This document shows, piece by piece, positions 7,091 through 16,600 of a DNA stretch of 20,174 nucleotides (within the stretch, counting starts at the first letter, position 1; each line of letters begins with the position of its first letter). The notes under the pieces are model-generated. The model saw nothing but the letters and a program-made list of their open reading frames with translations, did not search any database and was not told the DNA's origin. Made by a program: the position numbers and the translations under genes. Origin of the DNA: Sulfurimonas sp. (lineage in GTDB: Bacteria; Campylobacterota; Campylobacteria; Campylobacterales; Sulfurimonadaceae); contig JASFZD010000130.1 of assembly GCA_045046645.1 (NCBI GenBank), positions 1 to 20,174 on the forward strand, given 5' to 3'.

Positions 7091-10000
7091 TCACTTACTC
7101 CACTCATCACTCAAAACTTCTGCTTGTTTCATGACCAATTCTATTGCTTCAAGCTGCTTGTCAGGTGGATACTTATATCTTCTAAGTATGATACGTATCA
7201 TATTCCTCATTTTAGCACGCACTGATTCTCTCTTTTGCCAATCAACACTCACACTGTTTCTCAATTTTTTAGTCAGTTCTTGTGCAATGTTTTTGAGTAT
7301 TTCATCATTCATCTCTCGCATAGCAGATTCATTTTCAGCCAGTGCATCATAAAAGGCAAGCTCATCAAAGTTTAACCCTAAGTCCTCGCCATGTTTAGTA
7401 GCAGCTGCAAAATCTTTTGCCATCTGTATTAGCTCTTCAATAACCTTTGCCGTCTCTATCGCTCTATTGTGGTATTGAGAAAGTGTTTTTTGCAGTCTAT
7501 CGCTAAATTTCTTTTCTTGGACTACATTGTTTTTACTTTTCGCTTTTATGTCATCTTTGAGCAGCTTTTCTAGTAATTCTACTGCTAAATTTTTGTATGG
7601 CATATGTGCTACATCTTCCAAAAACTCATCAGAGAGTATTCCTATATTTGGTTTCTCCAGTCCAACCATTGAAAATATATCTTCAACACCATCAGAAATT
7701 ACAGCATTGTCAATAATCTGCTTAATAGCTTTGTTTGGATCTTTTTTTGCACCTGTAGCAACTCCAGCTTTTTGTATAATAGATTTCACTGCTTGAAAAA
7801 ATGCTATCTCTTCTTTATACTCTTGTGCTTCATCGAGTGTACCACAGAGACTGTAGGCTTTTGTAAGAGCTAACACTTCATTTAAATATCTCTTTTTTCC
7901 ATCTTCTAAGCCTAATATATGATTGGCAGCAGGAGCAAGAAGCATATGTGCCTTAGTCTTATACTTTGAATAATCAAAACTATGATACATATTTTGTACA
8001 ATCTCGAGTCTTTTTAACATCTCCGCCATAGCCTCTGCAACATCAATGGTTCCAGTACCTCTACCACCAGCGCTGGTGTATGTTTTTAGTGCAGCTTTAA
8101 GTTCATTGGCAATACCGATATAATCAACAACAAGTCCACCTTTTTTATCTTTAAAAACACGATTCACTCTGGCGATTGCTTGCATAAGGTTATGCGATTT
8201 CATGGGTTTGTCGATGTACATCGTATGCATACTTGGAGCATCAAAACCTGTGAGCCACATATCTCTCACTATTACAAGTTTAAGCTCATCATCAGGGTCT
8301 TTTATTCTTCGCTCTAGATCTTTTTTTACTTGTTTAGAATATATATGCTTTTGCAATTTTGCATCATCACTCGCCGAACCTGTCATGATGATTTTGATAG
8401 CACCTTTTGTTGGGTCTTCATTATGCCATTCTGGTCTAATAGCGACTATTGCATCATATAAATCAACTGCAATTTGTCGACTCATTGCAACTATCATCCC
8501 TTTTCCTTCTATGACAGCTGTTCTTTCTTCAAAATGTGTTACTAAATCTTTTGCAATCTGTTTGATTCTAGGCTCTGAACCAACAAGCTTCTCTAATGCA
8601 CTCCACTTACTCTTAAACTTTTCTCTATCGGATACTTCTTCGCCAATATCCAAATCACCAATATCTTTATCAATCTCTTTTAATACATCAGAGTCCAAGT
8701 CCAGCTTTGCCAATCTGCTCTCATAATAGATAGGAACAGTAGCACCATCGGCAACAGCATCTTCTATGTCATACACAGAGATATAATCTCCAAATACTGA
8801 ACGGGTATCTCTATCTTCACTCTCTATCGGTGTTCCTGTAAACCCTATAAATGTAGCATTTGGTATTGCATCTCTTAGGTGCTGCGCATAGCCATATTTA
8901 AACTGTCCGGTTTCATTGTTAAGCATTGCATCAAATCCATACTGACTACGGTGTGCCTCATCTGCGATAACAACTATATTATCTCTCTCGCTTAGAACTG
9001 GAAAACTGCTCTCATCTTTTTTAAGTGAGAACTTTTGAATGGTGGTAAAGATTATCCCACCTGATGGCTTGTTCGCTAGTGTTTCTCTTAAATCTTCAAC
9101 ACTCTCTATCTGTACTGGCTCTTGACCTAGTAACATCTTTGCTTGAGAAAATGTAGCAAAAAGCTGACCGTCCAAATCATTTCTATCTGTTACGATTAGC
9201 AGCGTTGGATTTTTCATCTCTGGCTGTTTAGTTAGCTTCCCTGCAAAACATGCCATACTGATAGATTTCCCACTCCCTTGTGTATGCCAAACAACACCAC
9301 CTCTTTTGCTTCCTGTTGTAGAAGCTTGTACTACTGAGTCTATTGCCTCTCTTACTGCATGGAACTGATGATAGCCTGCTATTTTTTTGATGATGTTTTT
9401 TCCGTCATCCTCAAACAATACGAAGTTTTGGATATAGTCAATTATGTGCTCTTTATCAAAGAAACCTTTTATAAGCGTGTCTAGCTCATATTCAAGATGT
9501 GGCTTATCGGTCTCATCTTTTATAGTTCGCCAATACATGTAACGCTCATCTGTTGCTGTAAGTGAACCAACTCTGGCGTTTACTCCATCACTAATGATGA
9601 GAGCTTCATTGTAAACAAACAGATCCTCTATCTCATCTTTGTAAGTCTGTAGCTGATTGTATGCTTTAAAAATATCTGCATTTTCATCTGCTGGATTTTT
9701 CAACTCTATTACAGAAATAGGCAGTCCATTGATAAAAATAATCATATCTGGTCGTCTATTGCCTTTGGTTCCTTTGATAGTAAACTGATTCACTACTAAT
9801 AAGTCATTATTCGCTGGATTTTCAAAGTCTATGAGTTTTACCACATCACCTTTGGTCTCATCGTTACCCTTGACATCAACAGCTATACCTTGAAGGAGCA
9901 TTTTATGAAAGGCTCGGTTGTTTTGAATGAGGGTTGCATGTTGCGGTTTTTCTAGCAGATGTACTGCTTCATCTATGGCTGATTTTGGAAGAGTTGGATT

Positions 10001-10168
10001 AAGTTTTTGAAGGGCTACATGTAAGCGCTTAGAGAGTAGCACTTGTTGGTAGTTTTTTCGCTCTGGGTGTTCACTGTCTGGTGCGATGTCGTAGCCTAAT
10101 TGATAATCATACCCTAACTCTTTAAACCACTCTATAGCTAGCTGTTCTACTTGGTCTTCGTTAATCAT
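7091..10168 (-). CDS. hsdR: Type I restriction enzyme R subunit
   Basis: 1025 aa. N-terminal nuclease region (PDMIIFINGLPISVIELK, a PD-(D/E)xK style), SF2 helicase motifs (TQGSGKS Walker A, IADEAHRSQ DEAH box, GFTGTP), and a typical HsdR C-terminal helical domain (FDELAFYDALAENESA...). Confidence 0.95.
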   Translation of the reverse strand: MINEDQVEQLAIEWFKELGYDYQLGYDIAPDSEHPERKNYQQVLLSKRLHVALQKLNPTLPKSAIDEAVHLLEKPQHATLIQNNRAFHKMLLQGIAVDVKGNDETKGDVVKLIDFENPANNDLLVVNQFTIKGTKGNRRPDMIIFINGLPISVIELKNPADENADIFKAYNQLQTYKDEIEDLFVYNEALIISDGVNARVGSLTATDERYMYWRTIKDETDKPHLEYELDTLIKGFFDKEHIIDYIQNFVLFEDDGKNIIKKIAGYHQFHAVREAIDSVVQASTTGSKRGGVVWHTQGSGKSISMACFAGKLTKQPEMKNPTLLIVTDRNDLDGQLFATFSQAKMLLGQEPVQIESVEDLRETLANKPSGGIIFTTIQKFSLKKDESSFPVLSERDNIVVIADEAHRSQYGFDAMLNNETGQFKYGYAQHLRDAIPNATFIGFTGTPIESEDRDTRSVFGDYISVYDIEDAVADGATVPIYYESRLAKLDLDSDVLKEIDKDIGDLDIGEEVSDREKFKSKWSALEKLVGSEPRIKQIAKDLVTHFEERTAVIEGKGMIVAMSRQIAVDLYDAIVAIRPEWHNEDPTKGAIKIIMTGSASDDAKLQKHIYSKQVKKDLERRIKDPDDELKLVIVRDMWLTGFDAPSMHTMYIDKPMKSHNLMQAIARVNRVFKDKKGGLVVDYIGIANELKAALKTYTSAGGRGTGTIDVAEAMAEMLKRLEIVQNMYHSFDYSKYKTKAHMLLAPAANHILGLEDGKKRYLNEVLALTKAYSLCGTLDEAQEYKEEIAFFQAVKSIIQKAGVATGAKKDPNKAIKQIIDNAVISDGVEDIFSMVGLEKPNIGILSDEFLEDVAHMPYKNLAVELLEKLLKDDIKAKSKNNVVQEKKFSDRLQKTLSQYHNRAIETAKVIEELIQMAKDFAAATKHGEDLGLNFDELAFYDALAENESAMREMNDEILKNIAQELTKKLRNSVSVDWQKRESVRAKMRNMIRIILRRYKYPPDKQLEAIELVMKQAEVLSDEWSK

Positions 10169-10188
10169 TTGTCACCTACCATTTTATT

Positions 10189-10734
10189 TCAATTGTAAAA
10201 TCTATCAAAAATTCTATTAACAATATACCTTATTTCTTGTTCGGATAATCCATCTGTTAATAACTCCCTATTCATGTTTAGTTTTTTCCAGACATCATGA
10301 TTAATATTGAATGCCCAAGAAGTAATATTACCAGTTCCCGTAGCCATTTGAAGTATTCCTTTGCTTTTTAAACTATTTGCAACAGGGTGTGAAATAGATA
10401 ATGAAATTGTTTTTTGGTTATTATCTATGCAGTATAGCAATAAAACTTTCTCTTCTTTTGATAATGCTTCAAGTTCTTCTACAATTCTTTTGCTATATTG
10501 TTTTCTATAATAAAAATCTTTTAACAAAGGAGTCAATTGTACAAAGAAAAAAACAATTGCTAAAAGAGTGATAAATCCAATCCATCTACGATATTCGACA
10601 ACAAAAGACTCCAAGCTCAAAAAAGGAACTACATTAAAAGGATTAAACAATAAGATTAAACCTAGTGTAAATATTCCAAATAGAAACCTTGGTTGAAGTT
10701 TGATTGCTTGAATAAGTTTCTCAATATAATCCAT
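10189..10734 (-). CDS. Membrane protein resembling the SieB (superinfection exclusion B) family, embedded in the type I R-M operon
   Basis: 181 aa. Two N-terminal TM helices (FLFGIFTLGLILLFNPF, WIGFITLLAIVFFFVQL), then LSKEEKVLLLYCIDNNQKTISLSISHPVANSLKSKGILQ. This layout matches my recollection of SieB-family (PF14163-type) proteins. Its ATG shares one base with the hsdS stop (ATGA at 10732-10736), and its stop is 20 nt from the hsdR ATG. Confidence 0.5.
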   Translation of the reverse strand: MDYIEKLIQAIKLQPRFLFGIFTLGLILLFNPFNVVPFLSLESFVVEYRRWIGFITLLAIVFFFVQLTPLLKDFYYRKQYSKRIVEELEALSKEEKVLLLYCIDNNQKTISLSISHPVANSLKSKGILQMATGTGNITSWAFNINHDVWKKLNMNRELLTDGLSEQEIRYIVNRIFDRFYN

Positions 10735-12020
10735 CAGTTTGTCTCTATAAGTAATTTTGACACATCCAACTCTCCTGAGAGAAGTTTTGGGAGAAGGGTG
10801 TCTCTCATCAAAATAAGCACATTATTTTCAAGTCTGTTCTGCTCTATTTTTAATATGAAAGACTGTACCTTTTTAGCGAAATAGTCACATACATCTATTG
10901 GAGCCAATACTATATCCTTAACGATAAGCTCTGCCCAATGTCTTCTATATTCTTGAAATGATTGTTGACCATAGGTGGCATAGTAACTCCAATATCCATT
11001 TCTAATCGATCCAGAAAGAGGTATTACATTCTCAGATATAGAAAATGGTTTTGTGCTTAATCTCATTACACAAGTGTGGTCACCAAAAATAAACATTGGA
11101 TCATCAGGTGTAGCTTCAAATTCACCAATATCATTATGATAGCCTAGAATAATATCTGCACCTTGCTCAAATACCATAGTCATGCCATACTTTTCAACAG
11201 CATCTTTTTTATATCTCTTTGGTGTTCTGTACCTTTTTAGAATTTTTTCTATCTTTGCTACCTCCCACCCCTTCGGAATCATCCCCATTTCACTCTCTTC
11301 CAACTCACTAGGGAATAGCTCTAGTATCTCTTTGGATATGCCAATCTTAGCAGCAGTGGCCTCTAGCCCCTGCTCACTCTTTGCTCCAGCCTTTACATGT
11401 ACAGGGTCAAAATCCACAAACCAAGACTTAAAAAGTGCCTGAGCCATCGCTTCTAGTGTATCGTTTATCTTGCGATTGAGTTCTATTTTGTCATCGAGGG
11501 TTGAGAGGATATGGGCTATTTTCTTTTGCTTCTTTGTATCTGAAGGAGCCGTAAAAGTATACTCCAATATCCTGCTTGGCGATGTATGTTTGACTGTAGA
11601 GCCAGTGGCAGAATTAACAATAAATTTTTGATATTTTTTTGTTCTCATCAGCCAATATAAATATTCAATATCTAAATCATTACTAATCAGATTTACAAGC
11701 CCTAATCGTTGATTATGCAAATATCTATAGGTAGATGAATAAGGTACTTTTGCAGGATAGCCTAACGTATCCCCAGCCTTACTTAAATCCGTCATGGTTA
11801 CAATAAGGTCATTAGCTTGTAGGACATACTCATCTGGATAATCGTTTGAATTATAATACTTAAATTTATTTGCCTTAAAACCACCGCCTACATTAAAGTT
11901 ACCAGGGGTCAACAAAATATTCCATGTTGCTTCTGTAGTAATATGTTTTCCTTTAAAAGCAAATCCATGTTTAACAGTTATATGGTCTGATAATTTAAAC
12001 TCTTCCCACTCAGACTTCAT
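10734..12020 (-). CDS. hsdS: Type I R-M specificity subunit
   Basis: Two target-recognition domains separated by conserved helices (LDDKIELNRKINDTLEAMAQALFKSWFVDFDP centrally; IEQNRLENNVLILMRDTLLPKLLSGELDVS at the C-terminus). I prefer the start at ATG 12020 (MKSEWEEF...), which overlaps the hsdM stop by 11 nt. The 19-aa Arg/Trp-rich extension to 12077 lies inside hsdM and looks spurious. Confidence 0.9.
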   Translation of the reverse strand: MKSEWEEFKLSDHITVKHGFAFKGKHITTEATWNILLTPGNFNVGGGFKANKFKYYNSNDYPDEYVLQANDLIVTMTDLSKAGDTLGYPAKVPYSSTYRYLHNQRLGLVNLISNDLDIEYLYWLMRTKKYQKFIVNSATGSTVKHTSPSRILEYTFTAPSDTKKQKKIAHILSTLDDKIELNRKINDTLEAMAQALFKSWFVDFDPVHVKAGAKSEQGLEATAAKIGISKEILELFPSELEESEMGMIPKGWEVAKIEKILKRYRTPKRYKKDAVEKYGMTMVFEQGADIILGYHNDIGEFEATPDDPMFIFGDHTCVMRLSTKPFSISENVIPLSGSIRNGYWSYYATYGQQSFQEYRRHWAELIVKDIVLAPIDVCDYFAKKVQSFILKIEQNRLENNVLILMRDTLLPKLLSGELDVSKLLIETN

Positions 12021-13599
12021 ATCCAAGCCCCGCCAAGTTCTTCTTAATCTCACTCTCCAATCGAGCCGACTCTTCAAACTGCTCTTTGAGAGTAGCCGTT
12101 AGTGTCGCCATCTTCTCAGCAAACGGCACTCCATCATCCTCTTCTTCCGCCACACCCACATATCGCCCAGGGGTTAGGATGTACTCCTGCTTTGCTATCT
12201 CTTCAGTGGTAGCACTGTAAAAAGCTCCCAGTTCATCAACATCTTCACCACTTCTAAATGCATGGAATTTCTCTGCTAATGCCTTAGTATCCTCTGCATC
12301 AAAGGCTTTCTGCTTTCTATCTAGCATATGCCCAACTTCACGAGCATCTATAAACAGAGTTTTGCCTTTTTGTGGCTTGTTACGGTTGAGTATCCATATA
12401 CATGCAGGTATCTGTGTGTTGGCAAAGAGTTGTGATGGTAGAGCGACGATAGCTTCTATCAAGTCAGCCTTGATGATGGCTTCTCGTACCTCTTTCTCTC
12501 CACCTGTTGTTGTACTCAAGCTTCCATTGGCAAGAACAAGTCCTACTACACCATTTGGTGAAGTATGATGGAGCATGTGTTGCATCCAAGCATAGTTCCC
12601 ATTTCCTTTTGGAGGTGTGCCATACTTCCATCTTGCATCACCTTCTAAACTAGCATCCCACCACTCATCTTGATTAAAAGGAGGGTTGGCAAGCACAAAG
12701 TCTGCTCTTAGGTCGGGGTGTTGGTCTTTGGTGAAGGTATCGCCTGGCTCTTTTCCAAAGTCAAAGTCAATGCCACGAATCGCCATATTCATAGCAGCAA
12801 GCCTCCAAGTGGTAGGGTTTGATTCTTGACCATATACTGAGATATCTTTTATTTTACCACTATGCTCCTCTATGAACTTCTCACTAGAGATAAAAAAACC
12901 GCCACTTCCCATAGCAGGATCGTAAACTCTACCCTTAAAAGGCTCCACCATTTCAACAATAAGATTTACTATAGATTTTGGAGTATAAAACTGTCCACCT
13001 TTTTTACCCTCAGCTGCTGCGAATTGACCTAAAAAGTATTCGTAAACATGACCAAGTATATCTTTGGCTTTTAGTGTTTCGTGAGAAAAAGGAATAGTAG
13101 CTATAAGGTCTAGCAAGTCGGCTAATTTATTTTGTTCTATTTGTAGTTGTGCATAGTTCTTGTTTAGGATTCTTTTGAGTTTGGGATTCTCTTTTTCTAT
13201 TAGCTCCATCGTATCATCAAGCATTTTTCCCGCACCCTTAAACTCCCCACCCAATGGAAGTGGTGAACCTAGAGAAAGACGAATATTATCCTGTAAGTAT
13301 TGCCAGCGAGCTGCTGCTGGAACCCAAAATACATTTTTTTCTGTATAGTAATCTCTGTTCTCTAACTCTTCTTCTATAATATCATCAGAGTCCTCACCTA
13401 AATAGTAATCATTCTCTGGATCCTTAAATGCAGCAAGTAGTTCTTGACGGCGTGTTTCAAAGCTGTCTGATACATATTTAACAAATACCATCCCAAGTAC
13501 AACATGTTTATATACCGCTGCATCTAATGATGGTAAAAGTTTATTTGCTGATGTCCATAATTTTTTTTCTAAATCTTGTAGAAATTTTTGTTCGGTCAT
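12010..13599 (-). CDS. hsdM: Type I R-M N6-adenine DNA methyltransferase subunit
   Basis: 529 aa. HsdM N-terminal domain (LWTSANKLLPSLDAAVYKHVVLGMVFVKYVSD), SAM-binding motif (VYDPAMGSGGF), catalytic NPPF (VLANPPFNQ). Confidence 0.95.
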   Translation of the reverse strand: MTEQKFLQDLEKKLWTSANKLLPSLDAAVYKHVVLGMVFVKYVSDSFETRRQELLAAFKDPENDYYLGEDSDDIIEEELENRDYYTEKNVFWVPAAARWQYLQDNIRLSLGSPLPLGGEFKGAGKMLDDTMELIEKENPKLKRILNKNYAQLQIEQNKLADLLDLIATIPFSHETLKAKDILGHVYEYFLGQFAAAEGKKGGQFYTPKSIVNLIVEMVEPFKGRVYDPAMGSGGFFISSEKFIEEHSGKIKDISVYGQESNPTTWRLAAMNMAIRGIDFDFGKEPGDTFTKDQHPDLRADFVLANPPFNQDEWWDASLEGDARWKYGTPPKGNGNYAWMQHMLHHTSPNGVVGLVLANGSLSTTTGGEKEVREAIIKADLIEAIVALPSQLFANTQIPACIWILNRNKPQKGKTLFIDAREVGHMLDRKQKAFDAEDTKALAEKFHAFRSGEDVDELGAFYSATTEEIAKQEYILTPGRYVGVAEEEDDGVPFAEKMATLTATLKEQFEESARLESEIKKNLAGLGYEV

Positions 13600-13623
13600 A
13601 TTTTATCCTGTTTATTTATCTTA

Positions 13624-13632
13624 ATTATAGCA
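13624..13632 (-). promoter_or_regulatory. Extended -10 box (TGCTATAAT on the minus strand) for the hsd operon
   Basis: The reverse complement of 13624-13632 is TGCTATAAT. It sits in the 67-bp gap between the giant recombinase stop and the hsdM ATG (13599). AGGA lies about 7 nt upstream of the ATG. Confidence 0.5.
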
Positions 13633-13666
13633 AAGTAAAATGATATATTAATATGATCAATGACTT

Positions 13667-16600
13667 TTAGCCTAATAGTTTTGTCTGGTTAGGATTTTTT
13701 AAAGCTTCAATAATTTCATGTTTTTCATCATAATTAGAATTTTTTAACATATCCATAAACCAAGGAATAATTGCATTAGAATTATCATAAGGAATTTCAT
13801 CAAAATTCACTTTTTTTTGTATCAGCAATTTAAGTATTGTCCCTGCCAGTTCATCTTGAAAAGCATGGATATCTTTACTGTTGTAGTAACAAGCTTTAGC
13901 TTCTGTAAATATTTCTATTAAACCCATATTGTATTCCATATGCTCAGCAGTCACAAGAGGTAGCTTATTTGTATTATCTTTCTTCTCATATATTTTTTCA
14001 TGTAGTACATCAATAAGTATTTGCCAAGCATAAAAATCAATAATTTGATCTTTTTGAAATGAAACATGGTTAGCATATTGAATATCATCCATCTTTTTAT
14101 TTTTCATATTGAGATACAAGCCGTTTCCTATTTTTGCAATTTTTGCAGTAGAAAGCATCACTGCCAATTTAATACCTCTTATAAAAAGTTCATTAGTAAG
14201 CAAATATGGACATGCACCACATCGTTCAGTTAGATTTGGTGGACACTCTATACCAGTACATATCCCCCAAGGTAATGGTTTCCATGTTATTGGACTTGAT
14301 TCAAGCGAAGTATTTAATCCATCTGAATTTGGAATAAGATTTCCATTTGAATCAATAATACTTGGTGGTGGCTTAAGATCTAACTTTTTAAGGAATCGTT
14401 CGATTTGATTTTTATCTTCTACTTTGAAAATATTTCTGATTTTTTTAATATATTCTCTGGACATATTTAGTGGATCTTCTACTGATATATCTTTATTGAT
14501 TATGTTTTTTGCTTTTTTAAAATTAGTACTACTTGATAGCATTTTATAATCGATATACGCAACCATTATAGAGTTAATGGATTTATGCCCTGTCATAGAC
14601 ATAATAACTTCAAGTGGATGACCATAGGAGATATAGCGTGTAATATTAGATTTTCGTAATGCATGAGGACCGTAATATGTACTTTTTATATTTTTTGCTA
14701 TATATTCCTCTGTTTCAAATTCAAATCTAAATGAATTATTTTGAGGTTGAAGCATCGCTTTAAATGTTTCTTCTGAAATACTTGGCGATTTTTGGAGATA
14801 AAGTAGTGGGTCTCTATCCAAGGATAGTAATGCTTTTATGAGTACCTTATAGTTATACCCTTTATATACATTTTTTGGGATAAAATCTGTTCCTTTTTTA
14901 TTTGGGAACATTGGTACAATTTGCCCCCAAACATTTTTTTGGTCACTATGTTGGTATATTGGTCGAATATGCTCAAAAAAATTATAAATATAACTATTGC
15001 ACTGTTCTATAAAACTTAATTCTTCATCATCAAACATAATTTTTACAATCTCTTTATCAATTGTAAAAATATCAGTTCTTCGCCAATTTTTATCAGTACT
15101 CATTTCAAAACCAGCAAAAGATCCATCGTTATTTCTTATGAGAAATTTATTCAGATCTAATGTTCGTATATGCTCTGCACGATGTGGTAGTTTTATATGC
15201 AAGAGAAGCATAGCAGGTAATAAAGGTTCCGCTTTATCGATGTGGGCATACCAATGATCCTCTTTATTTGTATTGTCATTTTTATAATAATCAGATTGAG
15301 GCGGATCATTAAGTACTGTATTTCGCATTGCAAACAATACTTCCTCGTCTAAAGCATATCGTGATGGAGTAAAAGATTTTTTTCTTGTTGCATTTGAATT
15401 GTAGTTTTTTCTATATATTGATTTAAATGCTCCACTTAGATATGGACTTCTTTCACAAATTTGTGCTATTACATTTTGTATTTTATTTTTTTGGGATTGA
15501 GTTATTTCACTGTCTATCCATTCTTGCAGACTATTTTCGCTATCACCACTAAAAATTGCCTCTAACATAACTTTTTCAAATATTGTCCCTTTAGAAAAAT
15601 GAAAATTTTCTAAAAAATTAAAGAATTTTTCTATCAATTTGCTTTCATTAACCCTTGTAGCGAGTGAAGCAGAGTTGTTCTCCATAAACAGTTTGGTAGC
15701 TTTAGCTAAATATTTAAATTCATCAATTTGCCCATATTTTTTTAAAAAAATATTAGGGGATGATTCTTGATTTGCTTTATACTCTTCGTAAGAAAGGATA
15801 TGAATATTACCCAAGGTGATAAACATATCACGAATTTTACTTTTAATATTTGATTGTGTGTATTTTGCTATATCCATTGCATCGATTTGTTGAAGGAGCA
15901 AATTTACATCTTCTTCATGTATATCTATAGGATCAATATTGGATGATGTTGCTAGCAAAGCAAAAAGCATCTGATTTTTTTTATAGTTTCTACCAATACT
16001 AATTTTATACATAAAATTAACAGAAGGATTATTATTTAACCATGTATCAACTTGAAAAGAATATTTCGTTAAGCATAGAGTTATTTCTAGTGGTAGTTGT
16101 GCAATACTTAAATTGCTTAAATAAAGTAAGAACCCATAAATAGTCTGCTGTACCTGTGATTCTTTTTTAGCATTTGATATTTCTAAAACTTTCAATAATG
16201 TATAAAAATTTAACTTTTTATATTGTTCATCTGCAATAAAAAAAATTTTGTGCATATCATGGAAGTAATTTTTTTTATTTTCAGTAACAAATAAAAGCTC
16301 TAATGATTCTATCTCATTTAAGGTATCTGTAACCCTTTCAAAATAGCTCTCCCAAAGATTATTGAATTGTTTATCAATATCAGATTTTAAGTAAATTATA
16401 TTTTTTGATATATTAAAAGCTGAAGTAAAATTCTCAACATACTTTATCTTGTATCCTGTATCAGCTTGTGAATTTAATGCTTGTTGAATTAATTGCTCGC
16501 ATTGTTTATTTTCACTACAATTATCTATTTCATAAGGTATATTCAATTGGTTAATAAGTTGTTTTTTAAAGTTTGTATAATTCATTAAAGGAATATACTT

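Noticed and set aside
7032-8726. Plus-strand ORFs inside hsdR (7032-7352, 7527-7796, 8202-8726)
   Set aside because: They lie antisense to a well-supported 1025-aa helicase/nuclease gene. Their translations are low-complexity Ser/Leu/Phe/Ile-rich, as expected for shadow frames, and they lack RBS or family motifs.
12021-12077. 19-aa N-terminal extension of hsdS (MKSRLDWRVRLRRTWRGLD) given by the ORF track
   Set aside because: It lies wholly inside the hsdM coding region and is Arg/Trp-rich, unlike HsdS. The internal ATG at 12020 gives the usual short hsdM/hsdS overlap and a normal HsdS N-terminus.
10693-15257. Plus-strand ORFs 10693-10884, 11182-11442, 12362-12568, 13160-13348, 14109-14408, 14997-15257, and 19050-19337 further right
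   Set aside because: Each is nested antisense within hsdS, hsdM or a recombinase gene that has strong motif support, and none has independent evidence.
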